Below are positions 24,801 to 36,800 of a stretch of 64,000 bases of DNA, in pieces. Source of the DNA: Antedon mediterranea (Eukaryota > Animalia > Echinodermata); assembly GCF_964355755.1 (NCBI RefSeq), contig NC_092675.1, positions 15,720,912 through 15,784,911 of the forward strand, written 5' to 3'. Under the pieces are notes generated by a model. It was not told where the DNA came from, made no database searches, and saw nothing but the letters and a program-made list of their open reading frames with translations. Made by a program: the position numbers and the translations under genes. Position 1 is the stretch's first letter. The number at the start of each line of letters is the position of its first letter.

Positions 24801-27800
24801 TCACAGAGTTGTACAACTCTATTTTTTTTGGAGCCTCAACGAAACCTATTTTTTTAAATTATTGGTCCGCAAAGTGGTAGGAAAGCATTTAGCGCCCATT
24901 TTTGCTGGAATTCCCTAAAAAAATGAAAAAACTGCAATTTTTCAATGATCTGTAACTTTTGAACTACTGTACTAATTCATTTAATTAGGTGATCATTTAG
25001 AATAAAATGATCACCTATTGTTATTGTATGAAATCTTTGTTATTATTTATTACTTTCGGTACAGATTTTGTGTAACAGATATCTCAAAAAGTTTAATGTC
25101 AATGATTACCAAAATTTCACAATGTCTTTCAAATACTTTAACTTACGCCCGTATTCTTAAACCGGACTTTAGTCGTAGTTCGAGCTAAAACTAAAAAAAT
25201 GATGTCATTTTAATTGATAAACCGAACTTCAACTAAATCACCGACTAAATCAGGCCAACCTCGACTAAATCGAGACGGATTTTGATCGATTTTTTTTAGT
25301 CCTGGAGGGGGCAGGCTAAATGGTCGACTAAATGGTTTTTAAACGATGTTTATAAAAAACGTTACAGTCATTGAGTTGTTATATTGGCCAGATATTGAAG
25401 AATGAAATATCTATATTTATATTAGCTTAATTAAATATACATTGGTTGGTATAAGTTATAATAATGAAAATCATCTTTATTTACAACTGTATACAAATTA
25501 CATTATTTTCTTTGCGCAAGTCCGACTTGAACTACGTCACGCCATAGTGACAATGGGAGATGCGGCAATTCACCACGCGATGGAATGTTTAGGGGGCCTA
25601 GCGCTTTCTTGTCACGCTATGAAGTGCGTGGTTCGTGGCGATCATACTTTGTTGGGGGCCTAGAAAATATAAAAGTTACCGTACCGCCATGGTTCCTAAA
25701 TATATTTTGAAGATTTTATTTGTTGTTAATGTTAATCAAATATACTTCACTGTTAAATTAATACTGATATTGTTCTAATAATTAACGATTAAAATTATTT
25801 TTCATGTATATAGTCCTGATGCGTAAAAAGTGTTGTAAGAAATGGAAAGTGATATTAATGCGCAAAATTTCGTCTGCTCCTCAAATACTCTCTTGTCATT
25901 GGCCAATGTATAGCCTTTGCAGCCCACGGAATTCAGAAAAAAGAAGGTCGGCAAAAAATTGCCGACCTTAAATTCGCCAAGGTCGGCAGTTCTAAAAATA
26001 GAAAATTCACCAAGGCCTAACCTCTTGCTAACATAAAGGCCTAGCTAGGCCTAGCCTCCCTAGCTATAAGAACTAGCAAAATTAACTAAAATATAAAAAC
26101 CTAACACTAAAATTTACAAGATAAATTCTATTTGATAATTGCTGAACATCATGGTTCTGGAGCTAGCCGTACACAGAGCATAGTTGCTTGCTTGGCATAA
26201 CAGGGTATTCCCCTACACAGGGCTGTAGCGCAGGCTGTGCCCAGCCAGCTTGGTTTTGATAGGAAAGCATGCAGCTCACACACAAAATGATGTAATGGTT
26301 GAGTGAATTCAGGGATCATCTTAATTCCATGGTTTGTTAACTAAACACAACAAGGTGGTACCTTAATCCCTTAAAGTACCATGTTGTTGCTAGGAGGCTT
26401 GAAAGGAGGGATCTAGCCTAGTTTCTAGGTCGGCAATCTCTTGCCGTCCTCTGACAATTTAAGGTCGGCAATTGCCGATTGCCGATGTGAAATTCGTGGG
26501 CTGCCTTTGTTACCCAGACGTGTGCAACTCGACTAAAAGCTCGACTTCATTAAGTCGAACTGCAAACTTCGACTACTTCGTTTTTTAATCGAATTTGAAG
26601 TAATAGCTCGAACTACGACTTTTTCAAGTCGAACTTCGAACTACGACTAAAGTCCGGTTTAAGAATACGGGCGTTAGTTCTAATAAGCTTTTCAGCGTGA
26701 TCACTCAACCGTGACGTAATTTATACGCCATTTTGTGAAATCACATTATCAATCATATCTCCATAATTAATTATCAAATATTAATGTAATTCACTAAACG
26801 TAAACTTCAGGTCAAGTGTAAAAATATTAGCAAATAAAAACGCACGCACACGTAGGGTCATGCGCGTGAAATCGCGCTTTAAAAATTTAAAAACCTCAAA
26901 ATTAAGTTTTGATCAATTTAGAGCATGAATTAGGCCATTTGCGTGTTTCAAAAAAATTACTGCGCAAAAATTTTTTTTTGCGCGCGCGATACTTAAAAAG
27001 CGTAAAAAATACGATTTTTTTTTACAAATCGCATTCTACTCACCATCTTTAGTACATTCACCAAATTTGAGTCAGTTCCGATATAAAATAACGCTATACG
27101 AGCAGGTTCAAAATGACAAAATGCGCAAATTAATTGCATCAAAGTGTTGAAAATGGTGAAAAATAAGGCATTTGAAAAATGAAAATAATTCTTCAGAATG
27201 CACGATGACCCCCAATTTTTTTAACTTTTTCTGGAAGCCGTTGAGTTGTAGATATGAATTCATGTACACATTTTACGTACAAAATGTTTTTACGTCATCA
27301 AATGGCCACTTGAATTTAAAATTAAGTTATTTTTCTCTTTTGTCATTCTTTTTCACATTCAATAGAACGCATCTCTGTTATTTTGTGCCCGGTTTTCGCT
27401 CAATTTTCAGTATGTGATTGCTCAATTAATTGACTTTCTTATGACTTGCCACTACTTTTATTTTGATGACGTCATCACGCGTAAAAACTTGATTAACATA
27501 GGTCGTGTAATTTCACCTTCACCGTAAATTTGAATATCTTACAGCTCTTCAGAATTAAAGGTTACCTTGATGATTATACAGTACAGGACAGAATTATTGC
27601 AAAAATCCCAACGCATTCAACACGTTGTCGTTGCGTTGTGTTTGCGTTGCGTTGAACGGCTTTCAACGTTTAGTTGTTTATTCAACGAAAGTCATTATCA
27701 GCATGTCAAGTAAACAATGAGTTATTTCAACGCTAGCTGCTGCTGCACTAGACTGGCCGATTGCACGCCTGAACGATCAGTAACAACAGGCAAAATACCT

Positions 27801-30800
27801 ATCGGCAGTCACTACCAGATATTTTAATATAAATAAAATATATATGAAGCTTAGATATATTTTTTAAGTATTGAACGGACAGTTACCAAATAAAACACAC
27901 AGTGATATTTCCCAGTGTTTAGTGAAGGAAAACATCGAATAATAAGGTCGATGCCAAGTCTAACAGTTAACACTGTACTGTAGGCCTTCCGGGGGAAAAC
28001 ACGATCTCATGTCGTAAAATCAAACAACGTGGAAATTACTGACATCAACACACGAGGCCCGAGGCCGCCACCCCGGTTTCCTCAAGAAAAACACCACGTG
28101 TGTTATGACGTATTTAACGATCGTTAATGACGACGAAGTAATTAATTTTATTTAGGCCTACATTTTTTAGCTGTTCGAGATTCAAGAGATAAAGTTAAAA
28201 TATTGTTTCTCTATTTTGGTTTTTATTTTATAATTGTCCTATTGTTTGTTGTAATGTAATTTGAAAGAACTACAAAATTTGACGTGTCCGACACCCATGA
28301 ACCAAATCTTTATAAATCGAACAACATTACATTTTTAAGTACAACAAGCGTTTTGAATACGTTAACAATAGAGCGTGTTGAATGTGTTGAACCCGTTGAC
28401 CGTTCATTGACGACGTTAAACAATTGAATTCCATAGCGTTGAACGCGTTGAAAACGTTGCGCGTTTTGAAAAGCATCACACTGTAACTGTTTAAAATGTT
28501 GGCTGTTCGCTCGCATATTCTCTCAACTCCCATCCATTCATACAGTTTCAGGAGGAGGCCAATATAATTATACAGTATTAAGAAACAATACAGTCAACTC
28601 TCCCAATACCGGACTCTCTGAAAACCAGAAACTCTCCCAATACCAGACTTTTTTTGAGGACCAAAAGGTCCCAAATTTATATTTACCATTAAAAACACAT
28701 TCCGAATACCAGACTTTCCGGAAAACCAGACTTATTTGGCCGGCCCAAAGGTGTCCGGTATTGGGAGAGTTGACTGTAGTATGTTAAAGAGAAAACGCCT
28801 AAACCTCGCCTATAATAATATATTTTCTTGCATCAGAATAAAGTGGTTCTTTATTCTGAATTGTTTGGTTATTCAAATATTTGTGGGTTACACCTAGGCG
28901 TGAATAATATGGTATGGCACAGGTTTTGATTTTAAAGAAAACGCCTAACATTGCCTATTGTCATCAGATTGGTCATTCCTATTTCTTGGTTATATTTAAC
29001 GCTTTTCTCTGCATGGGTTACGTTAGGCATCACAATAATTAATTTATAATATAATACATGATAATGATATATTTATGGATAATAATAAAACTAAACGATT
29101 TTTTCCCTTTTAATTACGCGTTATTTCATAATGAATGAACTCTTCACCTTTCGATCAGTTCGTCCCTCACGTCACGAAAAGCATGCGTGAAAAAGACGAC
29201 GACCATGCTGGATCGTTATGTTGGTGGTGTGTTGTTGCCTTCCACGGCGGCGGGTGTAGGCTATACGTTGTTTTTATAAATAATTGAGAAAAATGTAGTA
29301 CAGTACTGCGAAGTTTTTAGTTTGGAAATAATTAATTACGATGTGACCTAGCCTCCAAGATTCACCGGCGCCTTAACTTTGGTATTTAATACTCCAGTTA
29401 ATATAGATAGGCACACAGTAATTGAGGACATGACCACTACTTTAACTGCGATGGCAGACGCGGCTCATATACACGCATGGCCTACTACTAACGAGTAGGC
29501 CTAGCCTAGTGAGTGTAATATATTAAGCTAGGTTTCCGCGGAAAAATACACATTATGTTTGTTTTCTTCATTATTTGTAATACTGTATTTTATACTATTA
29601 CTACTACTACTAATACACACTGGCAATCTGTAAATACCATACGAATCCGATTGTTCGTTATTTCAACGCAAAACATTGTGTTGGTTGAATAAACAGTTCA
29701 ACGAACTCAACACTTTCAACGCCAACGGACAACGCAGTTTCAACGCGTTGTCAACACTTTAACAATGCGTTGAATGCGTTCAAAATCTGCAATAATTCTG
29801 TCCGGTACTGTAGTTTATTATGAAAGCTGATGAAATGTAGATATGAATTCATACAAAAAAAAAGCCTATTGGATGTTGTCACGTTAACATATGGCCAGTT
29901 GAAGTTAAAAAGTAGTATTTTCATCTTTTTCGTAAAAGTTATACAAATTTCAAAGAGCGCGTACAGCGCTTCTACGTGCCAAATTTTCTTCCAATTCTTA
30001 TATTTATTTGCTCAATTCATTATCTTTCGAAATTGTCATCTTTGAGTTTATTTTGATAATTCCATCATACCCTAAAATTGGAACATGATGTGTGTCCCGT
30101 AATTTCACCTATGCTACACTGTATATAGATATACAGTATATACTGTACATAATGTATACATATAATAGGCACAACACAGCACTATAAGCGTATAATAGGA
30201 TGGCATACATCAACATTTTTCGATTGTATGTTAACGTACGTGCATGTTTAAAAAAATATTAATGTCAATAAAATTATAAAAATGATCACCTATAATTCGT
30301 CAAAATGACGAATTAAATTCTAGTTTTTTTTTTACTTGTTAGAATGTAGTGTATATTTCATTAATAAATATATTTTAGATGTGTATATGAAAAAAAAAAT
30401 TTTTTGAATGGTGAAATTTAAAATTTTCCCACAAAGTCTCGACCTATACTCCGGAAAATACGGTAAGTATAATTATTAGAATATTTTAATATACTTTATA
30501 TTTATAATTTTAATCATAAATACTATTTTATATAACTTTTGAATACGTAAAACAAGATTTTAGGCCCGTATGATTATGACACCAAATCTAAGCCGGGCTA
30601 CTAAGTAAGATATGCTCTTTTAAGGCAAACGCACAATGGGTCAAAATAAACTCATTTAAAATAATCAATGTTAATTAAAACAATTAATTGTTTACCTGAA
30701 TAGTATATATAACATTATAAAAATTGTTTTCTTTTCGTATTATTACGTTATTAAATTGAGAGATACGGAGCTAAAGTTTAGGCCAAGTAACGGCTTACTC

Positions 30801-33800
30801 CCGTTAAAGTATTTCGGTCGCAGTTAATGACTTTCGACCGCCGTATACAGAGTCAAATGTAACGTTGGTAAATTAGCTTAATAAATATCTTCGGTACATT
30901 TTAACCTAACGCATTTGCATTGTATACTTGCATAATAAATCTTCCGCACATTACATCAATTTTAAGTTGTTAAATTAATGTGTAAAACCAGATATTCTAC
31001 GACGGAATAGGACATGTCAATCTCCGACATCGCTGCTGTCACACATCTCGCGTCGAGCCGGCCGAAGTCGAGCGAGGAAAACTAAACAACATGTTCAAAA
31101 TGTGGAACGTACCATTCGCTGATAGGGTGCATAGATGTATTAAACGGAAAACGTCACAACAAACTAGCGCGTACTTTACAGTAAAATATTTTACTCACTA
31201 CAATATTCACCGGATTATAATGGTTCAATCTTCGAAATTCTTAACGGGATTTACACCTCATGCACCATTTTAAAATGTAGTTCCCACAATTACCATGCAC
31301 AATACGTTTGTAATCTATGTTTTATCGATTTCAATGTAGATTTAGCTATAATTTAATACCAAAATCCATAAAATTTTTCCATAAACGGTGATTCAAAATT
31401 GTTTTTTTGTCACCAAAATTGATCTTTCGTTACGAAAAACCTATTTATAGAAGACGATTTTCGTATCAAATTAAAGCTTATTTAAAGCCTGATAACATAC
31501 AACAAAAATTAATCCGCTAGCTTCAATGGTAATCGTGCGATCGTGTTTTGAAAACTGATGGGGATTTTCCGATGAGGTTTTCAACGCTCGAAATCGGCTC
31601 GACAGGATTTTAGAACCGTTTTAAAATCGCATTTTCTCGGCAACTAATTCATTAATTTTAATTATAAACACACTTATACATAGATTAAAACAAGTACTTT
31701 CAAACAATATACATTTTTAAAGTATTAATTAAGAGTGAACACGATTTATTTAACATCAAAGTCATACTACTTTTTCGAATTTCGTCAATATCTCAAAAGT
31801 GATACCCCTCTGTGCGCTTTCATTGGGATACCTACTATAATGCAATACATTAAATATGAAAAGAAAACAAAATATAAGTTGTACTTCAAAATGTATTATT
31901 ATCTATTAACAATCAACATAATATAATACCATATTTATAAGTTATATTAATTTACATAAAACAAGGTAGAAAGGATTTGACAAAGAGAAAGGGCCTTGAC
32001 ACACAAGCTTTACAAAATGACAAATGGATTATACTCACAATGCCACTACTGGTTTTTGTCTTGGCGTCCAACTTGACAACACCAAAGCCTAAACAAAATA
32101 TTAAACATTAAGTTGAATGATGGCAAATTTCAATTTTGTATTTCCATTGGGCCAACCTAAAAAAAAATTGTGTTTCCTGTCGATTTTTGGCGGAAACAAA
32201 TTCCACTCAGGAGGCCAGATAATTTTTTATTTATTTTTTTTTTCCTGGGGCACTCCATCTATCAACTCAATTCAATCAGAGTACGAATTTTTATATCGGA
32301 CTCTTTGTTTTCTTTCCGTCAAGAAATAAATATATTATATTATATATTTGTAATTGTAACCAAAACAATATCGTCCCGGCCACCATCCGTGGTAAATCAT
32401 GGTATAGATAGTACATAAAAATAAAGGGTGTACACTTTTTAAAAATCAAGCTAAATACGTTCCTCGATCAGAGGTCACTGAAAGTAATAAAGTCGCAGCA
32501 CCCGCCTCAATAATCGAGCTAGCCGTCGCCGTTGAAAAATATAAATAAACACGATCCGATCCTCCCGCCGATCCGATCAAACACACGCAATTCAATTCAG
32601 TTCATTGGGAAAACAATTCCATTTCATTCAACCCAAAGATCGTTGGAAGTATATTTATATCGTCGTACACTAACGCCCGTATTCTTAAACCGGACTTTAG
32701 TCGTAGTTCGAGCTAAAACTTAAAAAATGACGTCATTTTAATTCATAAACCGAACTTCAACTAAATCGCCGACTAATTCAGGCCAACCTCGACTAAATCG
32801 AGACGGATTTTGATCGATTTTTTTAGTCCTGGAGGGGGCAGGCTAAATGGTCGACTAAATGGTTTTTAAACGATGTTTATGAAAAACGTAACAGTCATTG
32901 AGTTGTTATATTGGCCAGATATTGAAGAATGAAATATCTATTTTTATATTAGCTTAATTAAATATACATTGGTATATGTTATAATAATGAAAATCATCTT
33001 TATTTACAACTGTATACAAATTACATAATTTTCTTCGCGCAAGTCCGACTTCAACTACGTCACGCCATAGCGACAATGGCAGATGCGGAAATTCACCACG
33101 CGATGGAATGTTTAGGGGGCCTAGCGCTTTCTTGTCACGCTATGAAGTGCGTGGTTCGTAGCGATCATACTTTGTTGGGGGCCTAGAAAATATAAAAGTT
33201 ACCGTACCGCCATGGTTCCTAAATATATTTTGAAGATTTTGTTTGTTCTTAATCAAAAGTACTTCACTGTTAAATTAATACTGATCTTGTTCTAATAATT
33301 AACGATTAAAATTATTTTTCATGTATAGTCCTGATGCGTAAAAAGTGTTGTAAGAAAATGGAAAGTGATATCAATGTGCAAAATTTCGTCTGCTCCTCAA
33401 AATACTCTCTTGTCATTGGCCAATGTATAGCCTTTGTTACCCAGACGTGTGCAACTCGACTAAAAGCTCGACTTCATTAAGTCGAACTGCAAACTTCGAC
33501 TAGTTCGTTTTTGAATCGAATTTGAAGTAATAGCTCGAACTACGACTTTTCCAAGTCGAACTTCGAACTACGACTAAAGTCCGGTTTAAGAATACGGGCG
33601 TAAATTAACGAACCCGCTTTTACCGAACTCCACAATACGTGGCGCAGTGTGTTGGACATTCAATTACTGATCGTGAGATCGAGGTTCGAATCCAACTCTC
33701 GCCGCATTGCTTGTATCCTTAGGCAAGATACTTTACTTACGTTTGCCTCTCTCCACCCAGGTGTATAAATGGGAACCCGGTTAGATCAAGACACAACTTT

Positions 33801-36800
33801 GCGCTGATTACTAGCTGCATTATGGGAGTATGTTTCCATACGTGTTTGATCCAAAAAATTACTGGGGTAATAATGTTCAGCGCATTGAGAGCTTGCTTAT
33901 ATGAACTATTATTATTATTAATACATGTGCAGAGTGCAGGAGGCTATACAGAGAGAGGGGTCGGTCCGACTGACCCCTCTCTCTGTACAGTATAAGCCAA
34001 TGTCATTATGTAGTCATTGGCTTGAGTTAGGTTTTTATATTTTAGTTAAAGACACCTTCCCTACAATTTTGGACGTTTTGTAAAAATAATACATATATAT
34101 TACTTTAAAAACATTAAACCAGGTCATTCCTTGCCTTAAATGTAAGTTTTATGGTAAATTATGATAAAAAGTGAGAAACAATGCACTACATAAGTAGCTC
34201 GCTGCGATTGACCTCTCGTGAACGGTCTTTAGGCCTAGCCTAGCTAGGCTTAGTTTTGTAGGCCTAGCTGGTAAACATCGGTAACGTACGAACATCGTAC
34301 GCTAGCTATATAGTTAGCCTGACGTTGTATAGTTGCTGCATTAATTGTCTTTCTATTTTTGCCAGACTCCGTTGATACAAATTGGGGAAAACGGTATTTT
34401 CCCTAAAAAGTTAGGAGTCTTCCATTTGTTTTGGCCTCACGATCGATCGAAAAGTGGGTGAATTACAGAAGAAAAACAAAAATATCAATCCGCGCGCAAT
34501 GCATTTTGGGATTTATAGCGGGCCGCTATAATTATTAGAATCAACTTATTTTTCACATTTTTAACCATTGAAAGACGAAAAAAGTTATCGCAATAGGACC
34601 ATATAGTATTATTTTTACATTAAATATAGTTGGTGATCTTAAATTAGATCTAAAAAACGTAGGGAAGGTGTCTTTAATTTGCTAGTTCTTTTTGCATAAC
34701 ATATAGCTAGGGAGGCCTAGGGTTAGCAAGCTACGCTCGCGCTAACCGCTCGCCAATTCGCCAATGGCGACTGGAGTCTCCATTTGGCGAAAATAATTAT
34801 TGCCTCGTTCGCCAAATTGGCGAAAATACATTTCCAAGCCTAGGCCTAGCCTGGTCGGCGTGACTTCTTATGGGTACTTTCTGACTCGGGTGTACACTTT
34901 TTACCACCACAGCATTTTATGTGACGTCACGATCGCCGTGTTCATTTTTTTAGTTCTGTTTAAACATGCGCAGAGCGTGCCTCGATGACGTTTTAATGAC
35001 ACACAGTTAATGTGATTGGTTCGTGGCCGGCCGTCGTCGACGTGATGATGAGCGAATAAAAGGGGAAGTCCCTATTCTTCGACGTAGAAAATGAACTTCG
35101 AGAAGAAAATGTAAACAGAAACATGTGGACGAATACTTCCGTAAACGAGGCTGTTCTGTTATTTAAAAAGGGGAATTTTAAATTTAACAAAGTAATTACC
35201 TCAATAGTATAATGTTAACATGTTTAATTTTATTTCCCTTTCGATTATTCTAACCGAAAGTTGCGCTTTAAATTGAATACTGTAGCTAAGAAACAGCGTA
35301 TACTGCAACGGCAACCCTGGCCAAAGCGCGTTACGGCCGCTGCGTAGCAAATTCAAAGCTTCTTAAATTTCTGCGGTACATTTCTTGTTTTATATAATAG
35401 ATTGATAAATATTCCACTTATTAAATAATTTAATAAATCGGTAAAATTGACGTTTAGAAGCAAATATTCCATGATGAGAGGCGACATTTTTCGACATGCC
35501 TCGTGTGCGGCGAAGACTAGTTCAGAAAATGGAACAGTCCACTGCGGGGGTTATCCAATCATTAATTAACGCGCTAATACAATGCATACCATGCACATTG
35601 CCTGGGCGACGGTAATTTAGTAATAAGCGGAGAACTGAATATGGTAAACACTGATATTTATGGTAGGGATTATTTTTTTCAGGAGTTGGCCTTGTTGGCC
35701 TCTTCGCACGAGGTCCACGCAAAGTCAAATAAAACGATGTGTTTTATCAAACAGAAATATAAATTAGCTTCAATTCAATACTAAATTAGCCAGATTTTGA
35801 TAATGAGAAAGACTCAAAAATTCAATTTTTATCGTTAAAATTGACATTTGAGGCGGATGTACATAATAATAATAACCGATTTACATATCAAAATAAAGAG
35901 TATATAAAGCCTGATAACATGCAACAAAAATTACTCCACCACCTATTATGGACCTCGTGCGATCGGGTGCGAAAATGGGTAGGTGTTTTCCAAAGTTATT
36001 TTTAGCGCGCAGATTTCGGCTCGCCGGCTTTTGTACCTCATTTTTAACTCGCGTTTTCTATTAAAATATTTAATAAACATAGATTATAAATATATAAAAA
36101 TAATCCCTTAAACAAGATCTTTCCAGGCATATAATTTTTATTCTCATGGGTACATAAGGAATAGTATATTTTTAACTTCAAAGACACGTCACTTTTTGAA
36201 ATTTCACGAACGTGTTAAAATCACGGTAACGAAAATCAGGTTCATTGGGATACCTAATAATAATATAAATGTAAAAGAAATAAAATTTTAAAAAATACAT
36301 GCATTATTTATTTAATAAACATTTTTTCGAATTTTTATGGTTTTTTAAATTTGGCTAATGTTTTTCAAAACCTTTCGCCATTTTGGCGAACTAAAATTTG
36401 ACCTTAGCGCGAGCGTAGAGCAAGAGGTTAGGCCTTGGTTAAATTTATACTTTTAGAACTGCCGAGACTGCCGCCTTGGCAAATTTAAGGCTGACCTTTT
36501 TTTCTGAATTTCGTGGGCTGTATATGGATCGTAAATACACGTAATATTTATATGAAATGCAAAAAGATGTAGACAGCCCTCTCCTATTACCACGCTATCT
36601 GATGAATAGGGTAAATCCTTTAAAAAAAATGTTCGCGGGTAGAATTTTTTTTTTTTGGAAAAAAATTCCACCCGGGCGCTCGACCAGAAACAAGCTATTT
36701 TTTTTATTTTGGCCTTGGAATAAAATATGGTTTTTATAATATTACCCATGAAATTTGTCAGCTGCCTTTATACTATTAATTTTAGTACAGAACCATATCA

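Larger units (their letters stand above)
24983..30323 (+). mobile_element. Helentron/DINE-1-like non-autonomous element carrying nested insertions
   Basis: A 5' subTIR TAGGTGATCATTT has an adjacent inverted copy (24986-25017). The 3' subTIR AAATGATCACCTA (~30280) is followed by the stem-loop AATTCGTCAAAATGACGAATT, then CTAG and a T run. Confidence 0.75.
24531..31833. mobile_element. TIR element with AGG..CCT ends and a 3-bp TSD (ACT), Harbinger-like; outermost layer of a nest
   Basis: AGGTATCCCAATGAA at 24531 pairs with TTCATTGGGATACCT ending at 31833. ACT lies at 24528-30 and 31834-36. A second right end of this family is at ~35800-36255. Confidence 0.7.
34020..36520. mobile_element. Inverted, truncated relative of the CAGCCCACG element, split by two insertions
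   Basis: Pieces 34020-34049, 34674-34730 and 36419-36520 join to give the reverse complement of ~25920-26110. It ends TTCTGAATTTCGTGGGCTG. Confidence 0.72.

Noticed and set aside
33949-33985. 37-bp CA..TG palindrome with 17-nt arms as another P-type footprint
   Set aside because: The arm length fits, but the flanks share only TA rather than a 7-bp TSD, so it was left out of the supported set.
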